This document shows positions 25,028 through 38,661 of a DNA stretch of 64,000 nucleotides, piece after piece. The stretch covers positions 14,384,001-14,448,000 of the forward strand of contig NC_043008.1 in NCBI RefSeq assembly GCF_006345805.1, given 5' to 3'. Within the stretch, counting starts at the first letter, position 1. Each line of letters begins with the position of its first letter. The notes below the pieces were generated by a model, which was not told where the DNA came from, did no database searches, and saw only the letters and a program-made list of their open reading frames with translations. This stretch comes from Octopus sinensis. Taxonomy: Eukaryota. A program made the translations under genes and the position numbers.

Positions 25028-25415
25028 TCTCTCTATATAAAGCTGAAGTTGGCTGTGTATGGCAGGTTTGGTAGTCTTCAACTAACACTATCTCCTCCAA
25101 GACCCTGCGATGCAAGTTGACCAAAATTGAGAGTATGATAGAAAAAGGCTTGCTCTTCCTTTCGTAGAAGAAAAAATTCAAATCGGACCATGTTAACACC
25201 AAAAATTATTTACATCAAAAAGGTGCTTTTTTCTATGAAAATCCCTATTTTTTACGATTTTTGACTGCTGTTTCAACATTTTTCGGTGTATTTCAACCAG
25301 AAAAATGTTCACTTAAAGAGAATAACAAGCTACATAATACAACATTTTTACTTTTCAAAAATTCCAATTCTAAAGGATCGAAACAAACCCGAGCAACGCC
25401 GGGCGATACTGCTAG
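25028..25415 (+). mobile_element. Complete non-autonomous Helitron
   Basis: A|TC 5' end, subterminal hairpin CCCGAGCAACGCCGGG (25388-25403), CTAG|T 3' end, no TSD. Confidence 0.85.
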
Positions 25416-25660
25416 TTTAAAATAAAAATAAAATACGTCAGGCATCGAAATACACGTTAAAGTTTTCCTATTTAAAACCATTGATATACATTTCTATAGT
25501 GATATGGTTTTACATAAGTATGCAAGCGCTCATACACACACACACACACATATACACACACAAGCTGTTACTATTTATAAATATATATTTGTAATGATAT
25601 ATCCATTTATATGTTTCTAAAATGTCATACAGACACTAAGGATAGACAGATTGACACATA

Positions 25661-25698
<38 letters not shown>

Positions 25699-25706
25699 TG
25701 TGTATA

Positions 25707-26175
25707 CAGGTCGTCGTGTACTCACAACCTATCCAACTTACGACCTATCCGACTTTCGACCTATCCGACTTACGACCGATCGACTTTACAACGATTGGCG
25801 CGCCACTTCCCGGCGGCAATATGATGGGTTTAATTTCTTAGAAATTAACCTGTCTACGAATGACGTCAGCTAACAAACGCTTACTCTAGGTTCAGCTTTT
25901 GATCGCTACTGTGGTTATCCCAAGTGCTGGGAGAATATCCTGTCGCAGAGGCATCGAGGCAACCTTGTATTTGTTTATTAGACGACTGCTTGAGACTCCC
26001 AACAAATAACACTGTTGTAGTATAATACAGAATGTTGTGTGTGACTTCTACCCGAAAATGTACCTTAAGAAAGTAGAAATATAAAACAAAGTTATGTAGT
26101 TATACGGTGACTTATGACTAAATCGACTTATGAACTGTCAATCGGGACCCAATTGTGGTCGTAAGTCGACGACGA

Positions 26176-26179
<4 letters not shown>
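25707..26179. mobile_element. pogo/Tigger-like MITE with TA TSD
   Basis: TA|CAGGTCGTCGTGTACTCACAACC ... GGTCGTAAGTCGACGACGACCTA|TA; subterminal 16-bp repeats ACGACCTATCCGACTT. Confidence 0.75.
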
Positions 26180-26221
<42 letters not shown>

Positions 26222-26252
26222 TTTATATCATATATATATATATATATATATA

Positions 26253-26311
<59 letters not shown>

Positions 26312-26315
26312 TTAT

Positions 26316-26349
<34 letters not shown>

Positions 26350-26360
26350 ATATATATAAT

Positions 26361-26772
26361 AGGCGCAGGAGTGGCTTTGTGGTAAGTAGCTTGCTAACCA
26401 ACCACATGGTTCCGGGTTCAGTCCCACTGCGTGGCATCTTGGGCAAATGTCTTCTGCTATAGCCCGGGCCGACCAATGCCTTGTGAGTGGATTTGGTTGA
26501 CGGAAACTGAAAGAAGCCTGTCGTATATATGTATATATATATATATATGTGTGTGTGTTTGTGTGTCTGTGTTTGTCCCCCTAGCATTGCTTCACAACCG
26601 ATGCTGGTGTGTTTACGTCCCCGTCACTTAGCGGTTCGGCAAAAGAGACCGATAAAATAAGTACTGGGCTTACAAAGAATAAGTCCCGGTGTCGATTTGC
26701 TCGACTAAAGGCGGTGCTCCAGCATGGCCGCAGTCAAATGACTGAAACAAGTAAAAGAGTAAAAGAGTAAAG
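26361..26772 (+). mobile_element. OK-like SINE, young full-length copy
   Basis: AGGCGCAGGAGTGGC head through to (AAAAGAGT)n tail. Confidence 0.9.
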
Positions 26773-26919
26773 AATATATATATATACACATAATCATAAT
26801 TGTTAAGTTTTATGTCTCTAGTTTGATAATAGAGTTTATTATAAGTAAAATTATTATATTATATTATTTATATCTTTAAAATATTGTTTAAATATTTCTG
26901 ATTATATTTTAGATATTTA

Positions 26920-26988
26920 AATCACCTGAAGAATGACTGTAACCCGAAATTTTAAGAATTGGACAGCCATGAAACGATCGTACTGTTA
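26920..26988 (+). ncRNA. Type I hammerhead motif with degenerate stem I
   Basis: CTGAAGA 26926-26932; stem II ATGACTGT/ACAGCCAT (7 of 8 pairs); GAAA 26971-26974; perfect palindromic stem III ACGA|TCGT; A26982. Confidence 0.6.
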
Positions 26989-27140
26989 TACTAATTATCT
27001 TTTTTTAATAATTTTGATATATTTTTAAAATAATATAAATTAATTAATCTTATGTATTGGCTTGAGTTTTTCATTGTATGATTTGCCTAATAGTGGTTTT
27101 ATCTCTAATTTAATAATATTAATATATATATATAATATAA

Positions 27141-27188
<48 letters not shown>

Positions 27189-27451
27189 CACATACATACA
27201 TACATAACATATACATACATACATACATACATACATACATACATACATACATACATACATACATACATACATACATACATACATACATGTATTAAGTTAG
27301 ACATGGCCTGGACCAATCTCTGGTCGAAACATATCTAAGTTTTATCTAAGTTTTATGTATTTGTCCGAAATCTCAGAATAGGAGTAGGACCAGATCTGTC
27401 CGGCATTCGCCATGATAGATCGCTACACATTCTTTATTTTCTCTCCTTGTC

Positions 27452-27490
27452 TCTTTCTGTGGAAGAACGTAGGCTCGAAACGTTTAAGAT
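27452..27490 (+). ncRNA. Degenerate minimal hammerhead-like motif (extra-A type)
   Basis: TCTTT-CTGTGGA-A-GA..CTC-GAAACGTT-TAAGA. Confidence 0.3.
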
Positions 27491-27586
27491 TTTTTCACTT
27501 CCCGGACGTTATTCTAATACATCTGTTTGTTTTCTACACCACCTGTCTTCGTCTTTTGTTGTTTTTTTTTTGTGAATCTCTCCCCC

Positions 27587-27643
<57 letters not shown>

Positions 27644-28958
27644 TTCTTTAATAATCGTATAGGGAGCTGTAACATCGTATAGGAAGCTTTCCTTGGATGC
27701 TACCCCACAGCAAATAGGTGTTTAAACAAAATACACACACTGTGTACATGTAACATACAGTATGTTAATGTTTACATTACAAGAGCTGATTTTAATTACT
27801 AATATATATACATATATATGTGTGTATGTATATACATAATATACACACACATATACGTATATATGTATATATATACATATATAGGCATGTATGGGATATG
27901 TTATTATATATAGATAGGTAGATATATGCACGTATGTATATATAAGTATATATATATATATATATAATATACAGGCAGACAGTCGGACAAACAGGCAGAC
28001 AGACAGAAAGGCAAACGATCATTCGTAGATGATGAAAGATGTAAGTATTGATGGATGTTGAGCTAAATTCATACACTTAGACCTACGTAAAATCATAGAA
28101 AAACTACACAGCAGCACTTCAGAAAAAAAAATGTTTCGTCTACCAATCAATATTATTCAAGAAATATAATAAAAGAAACGCAGGCAACAGTAACACACCA
28201 ACAACTACAACATAAACTACAACAACAATATGAAGTAGCGACATAAACTTCTTCCAATACCATTACATCTCACCCCCCTTTCTCGCCCAAACCATGGCAC
28301 AAAATTGACTATTGATCTGATGAATATTTTCGTTGTTGCCTCCTTTTTTGTTAACTCTTTTCATTTTATTATGAGTTCTGTTTATTTTTTTTTTTAGTTC
28401 TTTTTCTGTATTTTTTTGTCCTTTTTGTACGTTGTTTGTTTATTTTTGGGTGTTTTTTTCGTGTTTGTTATGTTTTCTGTTCTGTTGATTGATATATTAT
28501 CTATCTTAAGCTGTTTACCTTTTAGTTATTTCTGTATAAGACAATCTTCTGGTTATTACTTGCCATATCATTGCGTTGTTCTTTATGTTATTTTAAATGC
28601 CGTATATACGTAGGTATGTGCGTATATGTATCTATCTATATAAATGTATGTGAGTCTGTCTGTCCGTCTCTCGGTTTGTATGTCTGTCCGCCTGTTTATG
28701 ATACACTTTGTAGTGCGGAGCAGTGTGTTAAGAAGTTGAGTGGAGAGTGGTGTGGTGTGTAGTTACGTGGGGTGGGTCTAGTCTACTGAACTGTAGTTGG
28801 TGAAATGTTTCTTGTATCAGCGATTGATTTCAACTACGTCTAGAAGGAAATGTGTTATCAAATCATACACACAGGCGGCAAATATACAAAGACAGCTTAA
28901 TAATAAGCTGTTTGAGTATACAAATAATAGAAAGAAGTACTCGAAATTTATATATAGA

Positions 28959-29166
28959 CTAGCTGACCCTGTGCCGTCAAAAATGACGGTTAATTATAGT
29001 ATTGTATATATGTATAAGGTATTAAATAAGGCACATAATAATCAGATACAAATATTCACATACTTCCCTCGTACACGCAAACTCATACGCACATATATTC
29101 AAACAGAGTTGAAACGCTGTTTGATTTTTCTTTTCAGCGTTGAACGTTCACCATCTCGTTTCCATT

Positions 29167-29222
<56 letters not shown>

Positions 29223-29384
29223 CACACATACAAACACAAACATTCACATACCTCCCTTTTACATACGCACACATAAAACTCACACACAGTTGAAACGCTG
29301 ATACTTTTTCACCCCTTCCTTCGATATTCATCTATCACTCCCTTTCTTTCTCATTCTTATGTTGTGACGGAGAAAAACAGAAGA
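28959..29384 (-). mobile_element. Probable non-autonomous Helitron with internal (CA)n
   Basis: Minus strand ends with hairpin CCGTCA-TTTT-TGACGG then CTAG|T; candidate 5' end A|TCTTCT at 29384. Confidence 0.55.
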
Positions 29385-29419
29385 TACACGACGGGCTCTT
29401 TGCCACTTCCTTTCTCTCA

Positions 29420-29799
29420 TTACCTCCGCCTTCGCCAAGGCGAAGTGTTGTTTTCAGTCGGATTTGTTTATTTGCTTGTTTGTTTGTCTGTGGACAAGAT
29501 ATCTCAAAAACTGCTTGATGGATTCGAATGAAACTTTCAGGGATGTTTGGCCTTGTGACTGGCACGAACTGATTAGATTTTGGTATCGATTGGGTACCGG
29601 GCAAGGATTCTGTATTATTTTTCCGTTCTTTTTTTTTTTACCTAATTTTCGGAGCAGTCGGGTTCATTTTTAGTATTCTTGTTTGTGAGAGCAGTTTGAA
29701 TTTATTTCAGATATTCTCATTTTAAAAATCATCTCTGGCTATTCGTTGAGAGGATGTTGGTGTTACCTTGGGGGAGGCCTGCGCTTACTGAGTGCTCTT
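29420..29799 (+). mobile_element. Helentron/HINE-type element, second copy
   Basis: Reverse complement of 7075-7435. Confidence 0.6.
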
Positions 29800-29819
29800 G
29801 CTGCTATTACTTTCTCTCA

Positions 29820-29885
<66 letters not shown>

Positions 29886-30015
29886 AGCCAGGGCTATTAC
29901 TCTCACTTCTTATCCTTCACTGAATTATAATTTCCTTTCATCTCCCTTCACTTATACCACTCCTACTCCGTCCTACTCCTACTCTGTGATTTGGGACACA
30001 CACACACGCGCGTAA

Positions 30016-30079
<64 letters not shown>

Positions 30080-30362
30080 AACACTATGCTCATTATTACA
30101 TTAAGAGATGATTTCATATATGTATTTACTTATATATGTTAATGTTTTTATTTAGTTATATATTTGAAGCTAAAACTTCTTCCTGTCTTTAATTTCTTCC
30201 AGCTAAATGGTATGAAATTCAAGTTGCTTTTTTTTCAATAGGCACAGAACTAGTATATATATATTTCATTATAATAGATGGGTTATGATCCAGATATATC
30301 AGACAATAGGCTGAATTTTAGGGCAAAATGCTTATGCTTACTTTTTCTAGCAGGTCAAGTTA

Positions 30363-30800
30363 TTATCATTAGTCGGTCCATCGTTGTCGACGTTGACCAA
30401 GGACATCAAATGCGAGAAGATGGGGTACAGTGTGTCCAGTTGTGATGAAGCAGTCTGTTGCATGCTCGGAAGGGTCTGCTGTAGGTCGGGCACAGGTTGT
30501 CTACTGGGACTTAAGGTAAGGAGTTAGATCTGGACTCACGCAGTTGGGGGGGGAGGGTTGTGCCCCTAAAATTTTATTCTGTTTGTAGGAGGTGGCACCT
30601 CTGTGAATGCACCGTCGTCGAGATTGGCGATTTTGTACTTGTGTTTCTGAGATGCCGGCTAAGCTTTGCAGTTATGCTTTGCATGTATCCTTGAAGCACA
30701 TTTTTTGAGGTGGTGCGTGACAGTCATTTGAACAAGCGGACAAGGAACAACGAAGAAGCTCCCATATCGGTTTGTATAGCTGAACTGGCTGAGTATCTAA
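30363..30800 (-). pseudogene. RTE-clade LINE 3' end (decayed ORF terminus)
   Basis: QKMCFKDTCKA, CIHRGATSYKQNKI, CPTYSRPFRACNRLLHHNWTHCT and CPWSTSTTMD resemble the RTE/BovB C-terminal KKRFKD.LK and C..C.R.FRA..GL.SH.RTH region. Confidence 0.7.
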
Positions 30801-31572
30801 CTTCTTTAATTCAATTTTTTGTTGGAGGAAGAGCTGACGCCGCTCCTTCCTGCTACGAGTGGGATTCTATCCAATCTTTAGTTGGAAATAATTCTTTTAA
30901 GAGTTGTACGTTCTCACGTCCGAACATCAATATCACCTCTTATCTCTTCCTAAGAAACTAAAGTTTGAATGAAAATATTCTTCTCGGCCAGCCGGAACAA
31001 TTTGATAAACTAAAGACTTGAAAAACATCTCCATTGTCTATTTATCTTCTCCTGCCATTAATATAAGGTGCTGTAGTTTCTACAATGGACAGGTTTATGT
31101 TTATAGTTTCGTAAACTGTTCTTTTTCAAGCTTCGAATATACTTGGACAATGTGCTGTAACGGCTTCCGTATTTGCTGCGGAAACAGTAGGATTTTTTTT
31201 TCTCTTAAATAAGATTTCTGCAGGCAGGATGTAACAATTCTTCTTGTAAAATGTAAGATTGAGAAATTAAGACATACAATTTGAAAACAGCCTAAGCAGA
31301 CATCAAATCTATTATTCACACGTATACACATGCACACACACACATGCACATACACATACACATATATGTATATTGATGAGTGTGTGTGTGTATATGTATA
31401 TGAATATATATGTATAAATATACATATACACTTATATTTATATATATGCGTGTGTGTGTATGTATGTATGTATATATATATATATACATATATACATACA
31501 TATATATATATATATTATATTTTATATTTTCTTTTATAACATATTTCTACTATATATATATACATACATATA

Positions 31573-31614
<42 letters not shown>

Positions 31615-31629
31615 TACATACATATATAC

Positions 31630-31711
<82 letters not shown>

Positions 31712-32721
31712 AGAGAGAGTGTCTTCTTACATTGTGTACATGTGTATGCCTATGTGCCTTCGTGTGTCTGCACCTGTGTATATGTATGCTTGTGTGTGTG
31801 TACTGATATATGTATATCTGTATGTGTGTGGTACGGAAGAATGCATTTATTTCATCAAATTGATATTTTGTAGGATATTGTGAAACAGCGACTGAGTGGA
31901 CGCCCTATTCTACAGATTTTTACATTCTTTATTCGTTTATCCTTTTATGCTTCAGTTGTTTCCTTCATCTGGACAATGGCCATGCTACGGCGCCCGTTGA
32001 ATTTTTTTCGTTTTTGTTCGATGAACTGGACCGCAGTATCCAATACTTATTTTAACCTGGTATTTTTCGTCTAGTTTTCACCGAACTGCTAAGTTACAGG
32101 CACGCAAACAAACCTACACCGGTTGTCAGCCAGTAAGATTGAAGCACAACCACACAGTAACAACAGCTAGAAACAAGGCCTAGAAAAAATAGCTGGACGC
32201 TGTGCACTATTGAGTACAACTTTACATAGGTATTCAATCTGCATTTGACACAGGTGGCATCTACGGACTGTATGAGATAACAAAGTTTGATATGTATATG
32301 CCGCGTGCCTATACATTCTAATTTTTCAAATCTACTGTAGGCAGTAGATAAAATGCCTAGCATTTTATTTACTGTGGTTTGGAATTTAACTGTCCTCTCT
32401 AGCGTGTAGGGAATCCTATGATGGATACCTCTTATGTGTTTAAATGTACACTGTATTTATATGAACAATATATAGTTTATTGACAATTTTTTTTACACGC
32501 TAGGCCACTAGTAATGGAAATTTCAAATATTTCTGATTAGCCTTTGATATTATTAATTATATATATATATATATAATATATATATATATATATACAGTTT
32601 TAAATTTCTATATTTACGCTCGTGCTCTAAGTTCGAACTCTTAAACAGATAAAAAAGGTAACTGTCTTGCGCACGTGTTTTCGGTACGTATTTGCAACTC
32701 CATAATTATTCATTAATTAGC

Positions 32722-32793
32722 GATTCCGCTGACGACCTACAGATTCCAAATTAGTTTATTTGGAAATTAACATTGAAACTCGAGTTCGGGATT
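32722..32793 (+). ncRNA. Type I hammerhead motif with degenerate stem II base
   Basis: Stem I GATTCCG/CGGGATT; CTGACGA 32729-32735; apical hairpin TTCCAAAT-tagttt-ATTTGGAA; GAAA 32775-32778; perfect palindromic stem III ACTC|GAGT; U32786. Confidence 0.6.
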
Positions 32794-33548
32794 AACTAAT
32801 TCATTTTTTGTTCGCTCTGGTGTTGTAATTGGCGTGCTTCATGAATTTTCGTTCTCGTGGTTTGGATTTTAACAGGCCTTTTTAGCATATTACCAGTCCT
32901 GTCAATGGTCTCCTCTTTGTGCATAAAAAATTTAGATATATATGTGTGTGTGTGTGTGTCTATGTTTCTGTGTTTGTGTGCGTGTATGTGTATTATGTCT
33001 ATGGATATGCGTATATATGCTTATGTGTGCGTATGTATATGTATATTTATATGTATGCATATGTATGTATGTATGTATGTATGTATACATCGGGTTCCTT
33101 TGAGTCCCCGTCTACCATTGGTCGGCCCGGGGCTATTGTAAAAGACACTTGCCTAAGGTACCACGCAGTGGCACTGAACCCGAAACTATGAGGCTAGGAA
33201 ACAAAATTCTTACCAGACAACCGTACCTACGTATACACTACATTTTCATATTTCGTTTTTCTTTTGGTTTTTCTTTTGGTTTTTCTTTGAAACGTAGTTC
33301 TTGCGATTGATTTTTTTTTCTTTTTTCATTTTTGCTTTGTTATTTTTTTTTTTTTTCTTTTTTCCATGCAGTATTCTAACATATGTGAGAACATATTTAT
33401 ACACTGGTTGTGGCGTTGGTGTTGTCGCAAGCACCTTTGCAGAACCATAAAGTTTAATGAAGTATTGAGGCCTTGATACTCTTATGCTATTACTGAAGAT
33501 TTCTTCTTTCTTTTTTTTATTTTAAGTGCAGTATGACTTAAGTTTATT

Positions 33549-33648
33549 NNNNNNNNNNNNNNNNNNNNNNNNNNNNNNNNNNNNNNNNNNNNNNNNNNNN
33601 NNNNNNNNNNNNNNNNNNNNNNNNNNNNNNNNNNNNNNNNNNNNNNNN
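33549..33648. other. Assembly gap (100 N)
   Basis: Run of N, with an (AT)n tract on its right side. Confidence 0.99.
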
Positions 33649-33993
33649 ATATATATATATATATTTATATATATATATATTTATATATATATATATATTT
33701 TTATATATCATTTATTTATATATATAGAATTATATATATATTATTTATATATATAATATATTTATATATATATATTACATATATTTATACATATATATAC
33801 ATATTTATAGATATATTATACATATATTATAATATATATATGAGTACATGCATTATGTATGTATATAGATAGGTTAATAGATAGAACGTCTATGTATATA
33901 TACATGTGTACATGCATAAGCATCCATCTGTACGTATATATATATAGATATATAATCTATATATATATATATAACTATCTAGTGTACATGATA

Positions 33994-34041
<48 letters not shown>

Positions 34042-34805
34042 ATGTGCGTGTACATATATATGTATACCATATATATGTGTGTGTGTGTAAATATATACTA
34101 TATATATCGATGTGTATGTATATATATAGAGAGAGAGGGGGAGAGAGGGAGAGAGAGAGCTGTCTATGAATATATACACATGCATACGTATATATCCACA
34201 TATATATATAAAATCTAGACAAACATATGTACATATATATATACACAGTATATAGGTACATATATATATATACATACATATGTGCGTGTGGGTTGTATGC
34301 TTGTAAATATGTATACATCTGTGTATATATACACAGCGATTAAGAAGTTCCTTTAGCATGTAAATGATTTATAAAATTTCCATCTTTTATTGGTTTACAG
34401 TGTTTTTCGTTATATATTTTTAGTTGTATATGTGTTGTTTTATTGGGGAAATCTTTTGACAGATGTGTTCTTTAGATATTTTAGGAAAATATCATCATCG
34501 AAATCTCAAAGAAGATACACTTCCCTAAAAAATGCACGATCTAAGTGTATATAACTAAAGATATAAGTAGATGTATATATAAATATATCTATATATACAA
34601 ACATATATATATATTATATAGATATATATATATATATTTACATATATATACATATATATATATATATTATATATATATATATAGATATATATATATTATA
34701 GATATATGATATGTGTGTGTGTGTGTGTGTGTGTGTGACTCGGAGTACCGCTGGCGATTTTTTTCCTCTGTCTTGTTTCCTTCTCGGATCTTTCCTTCTC
34801 CAATG

Positions 34806-34838
34806 TTTCCGACGAAGAGCTCCGCTCGAAACGTTAAG
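34806..34838 (+). ncRNA. Minimal hammerhead-like motif (extra-A type, U4 mutated)
   Basis: TTT-CCGACGA-A-GAGC-tcc-GCTC-GAAACGTT-AAG. A looser relative is at ~35628-35656. Confidence 0.35.
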
Positions 34839-35184
34839 CCCTCCTTCTTCCTCCTTTCCTGAGCGTCCAATAATACTTTATTTGTTCCACGTCCTCGCGT
34901 TGTTGTTTTTTTGTGTTTTTTTGTTTGGATTAACTTTATATATATATGTATATATACATATATATATATATTGTAAATACATATATATATATCTATGTAT
35001 GTATATATATATAAATATATCTATTGTAATACATATATATATATACATATATATTATAAATACATATATATATGTCTATGTATGTATATTATATTTATTT
35101 ATTATTTTTAATTTATTTAGTTTCAGCTCACAAGCTGTGGCCATGCTGGGATACCGCTTTATATATTATATATATATATATATG

Positions 35185-35221
<37 letters not shown>

Positions 35222-35707
35222 ATATATAGGAGGCGTTACGTATGTGTATGTATACATGTATATACCTTCCCTAAACGCCCTCACGCCTCTTACACCTACA
35301 ATATCTTCACTTTACATTTATGCATACATCTTACGCATCTATTCTCTAACACACTACTCTCCTACACTTGTACATCTCTACACATACCCACATGCACCCA
35401 CCCAAGAATGCACCCGTATCTCATTCTACTACACACATCTCCCCTATGTCTATCTCTATATGTGGATTCCCTCCTTCACATGCACAAACCATCCCACCTC
35501 TTTCTTTCTTCTTAACTTTTCCTCATAGAAACATATACCCACCCGGCCCCTGTCTTTTATTTCTATCTCTTTCTTCCTACTAACTTTCCGTCCTTTCTAT
35601 TTTCCGTTCTTTCTTTTTTTACCTAATCATGATGAAAGACTAATGTCGGAAACGTCAAATAATCTTTATTTTCCTTTAAGTGTTAGACTATAATACCTTT
35701 ATGAAAC

Positions 35708-35764
<57 letters not shown>

Positions 35765-36107
35765 TATGTATATGTATGTATGTATGTATGTATGTATTTA
35801 TGTATATATGCATGTATTTATGTATGTATGCATGTATGTATATAATATATATATATATATATATATAAGTTCAGCAAAAATCTAGATTCGAATGAATATG
35901 GTACTTAATTTAGATGCACCAGAATTTTATATGGTGTTATCCATAAAAATTTGTTGAGTGATTATAATCAAAATAAGCAACTGACCAAGATAAGACTTCA
36001 CTACCTCATATGTTCTTAAAATTTAAATCTACATCTTTGTCTGTATATCTACCTTCTTTATAATGTTGCCACTTGATTTGAAAACTTTTGTATTAATGGA
36101 AAAATCT

Positions 36108-36201
36108 ATAATTGGCTGATGAGTACTCAGTATCTTAAATCTGTTGTAATACTTGCAACATTTAATAAAATGAAGTAGTACGAAACGATTGTACCAAATT
36201 A
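36108..36201 (+). ncRNA. Type I hammerhead ribozyme with complete catalytic core and extended stem II
   Basis: Stem I TTGG/CCAA (extendable across one bulge); CTGATGA 36116-36122; stem II GTACT/AGTAC with canonical G-C base and apical hairpin TGTTGTAA-tac-TTGCAACA; GAAA 36182-36185; loopless stem III ACGA|TTGT; GUA site at A36193. Confidence 0.8.
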
Positions 36202-36228
36202 CCTGAGTCATTTGTTTTGATATTTTGA

Positions 36229-36286
<58 letters not shown>

Positions 36287-37087
36287 CTACACACCGCAGA
36301 TACATATATTTATATATATATATATATTGTATATATATATACAGACGCAGTAGCTGTGTGGTAAGTAGCTTGCTTACCAACCACATGGTTCCGGGTTCTG
36401 TCCCACTGCGTGGCACCTTGGTCAAGTGTCTTCTACTATAGCCTCAGGCCGACCTAAACCTTGTGAGTAGATTTGGTAGACGGAAACTGAAAGAAGCTCG
36501 TCGTATATATGTGTGTGTGTGTATGTATGTAGGTATATGTGTGTGTGTTCGTATTCCTTATACTGTTTCATGGATTCTTTCACTTGATAGTGAGAGTGCG
36601 ATCAGCTTCTTAGCTAATTTCAGTCTTCATTGCACTCTCATCAGTATCTATCTACTTTTCCCCAACTGTGCCCGTTTAAAAAGCTTTTATAACTACTATT
36701 ATTTAATTCGTTATTAAATCGGGTACATCTGTATTCATACAGATCGATTAATAAATTATCTATCTGTTATTAGTGTTGCTATAATGTACTACATATTAAA
36801 CCTATAGATTTCAGCAGACATGGCGTGTGTAAATTAATTAAACTCCATTAATTAAAATTAAATACAATTAAATGCACTATATACTGTGAGATTAAATAAA
36901 GCAACGATAGTTGTTTATGACTGTCTAGTATAATTAATTTAATCACAATGTTGCCTGAATTCAATACACTTAGTGTTCGGTGATTCATTAGAAAAAAAAA
37001 ACAAAGACTTGTAATGCATGAGTAATATATATATATATATATACACAGGTGTGTGAGTGTTATGTAACGCTTCAGTTATATTATATA

Positions 37088-37722
37088 CAGGATGCGTTGC
37101 GTAAATTGTCGCCAATTTTTATTTTTAATTTCGCGCATGTGCGTTGTTTGTTTTTGATTTTTATGGACTACACAATATAGTAGGGTCGGTTGATCATCGT
37201 TTGTGAGAAACGCAACACCATGGCGCAATTCACTCTGCCAGAAATTCGGAAACATGCTGTAGTGCTTGGGTGTTAATCTGAGGACAGTACAGAAGATTCG
37301 GAAAGAGTTGGATAAGTCTAATGACGATTACGAAAGTAAGGCAGCTCGGAAAACTCACTCTGATTGTTCTCATAAGAAAAGAACTCCTGAATTTGTTGTA
37401 AGATCCAACTCTGATTGACGACGATCCCTCCAAATCAAGCAAGTTCATCTCCAGGGACCTGCGGGTGTCTGAGTTTCTTATCAGGCAAGGAGTGCATGAA
37501 GACATTCGTTATTCCTTAATTGAGATAAGAAAGGGCCAGTTTTTTATTCCAAGCCATCAAGGACAAGAGCAAAGACCGCGCTACAAAGCTTTTGAAGAAA
37601 CTCATGCTTCCCCTCCAACTGAACATGCTTGGTTTTTCTCAAACGAGAAAAATGTCTGCCAGGATCATATTGTAAACACACAGAACAACTGTTGGCTTGT
37701 TGTATCCCCGAAATATGTACCA
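37088..37722 (+). pseudogene. Tc1/mariner transposase 5' half with left terminus
   Basis: TA|CAGGATGCG end; ATG 37220 MAQFTLPEIRKHAVVLG, GVNLRTVQKIRKEL..KKRTPEFV, VSEFLIRQ.VHEDIRYS, WFFSNEKN (first catalytic D region, FSDEK-type); frameshifted and cut by a SINE. Confidence 0.85.
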
Positions 37723-38146
37723 AGTGCGTAACTGGTACTTATTTAATCGACCCCGAAAGGATGAAAGGCAAAGTCGACCTCGACGGAATTTGAACTCAGA
37801 ACATAGCAGAGAGACGAAATACCGCTAAGCAATTCGCCCGGCGTACTAAAATTTCTGCCAGCTCGCCGCCTTTAGCGGAATTTTAACTCAGAACGTAACG
37901 GCAGACGAAATACCTATTTATTTACTACCCACAAGGGACTAAACACAGAGGGGACAAACAAGGACAGACAAACGGATAACGTCGATTACATTGTCCCCAG
38001 TGCGTAACTGGTACTTAATTTATTGACCCCGAAAGGACGAAAGGCAAATCGACCTCGGTGGAATTTGAACTCAGAACGTAACGGCAGACGTAATACGGCT
38101 ACGCATTTCGCTCGGCGTACTAACGTTTCTGCCAGCTCGCCGCCTT
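37722..38146 (-). mobile_element. Multimer-family SINE cluster
   Basis: Two family units. Confidence 0.85.
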
Positions 38147-38661
38147 CCTCTGCAGAAAAATAATGAAAATGAAATGTTATTAATTGTAGACTTAAAACTT
38201 GACGGTACAGGTTTCGAATCTCTGTAGCAGCTGCTATCCATTTCCTGTTGTTTTTTCTTTCTTTCTTTTTTGTCAAAGCGGTTAGTTTTACCCGATTTTC
38301 TAACACTATTTTCACTGCTATTCCCTTGCGTTCGAGATTTTCTTAATTTCTAAATAACTTTTTTATTATTAGATTGCATAAAGATGATGAGCAGGAAGAA
38401 TCGTTAGCACGCTGGGCAAAACACTTAGCGGCGATTCGTCCGTCTTTACGTTCTGAGTTCAAATTCCACCGAGGACGACTTTGCCTTTTATCCTTCGGAG
38501 ATCGATAAAATAGGAACTAGTTGAATACCAGGGTTGATATAATCGATTTACCCCCCTCCTCCGAAATTTTTAACTTTATGCCAAAATTTGTAATTAGTAT
38601 TAGGTTGTATAATTACGACACTGTCGTTGCAGCACAAGAAACAGCAAACATTAATTATATT

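Noticed and set aside
30800-31320. Possible coding sequence upstream of the RTE fragment
   Set aside because: Stops in the frames examined and no recognisable motif.
36595-36660. Minus-strand CTGATGA..GAAA motif (similar weak cases at ~13545-13605 and ~63400-63450)
   Set aside because: Core substitutions and no consistent stem I.
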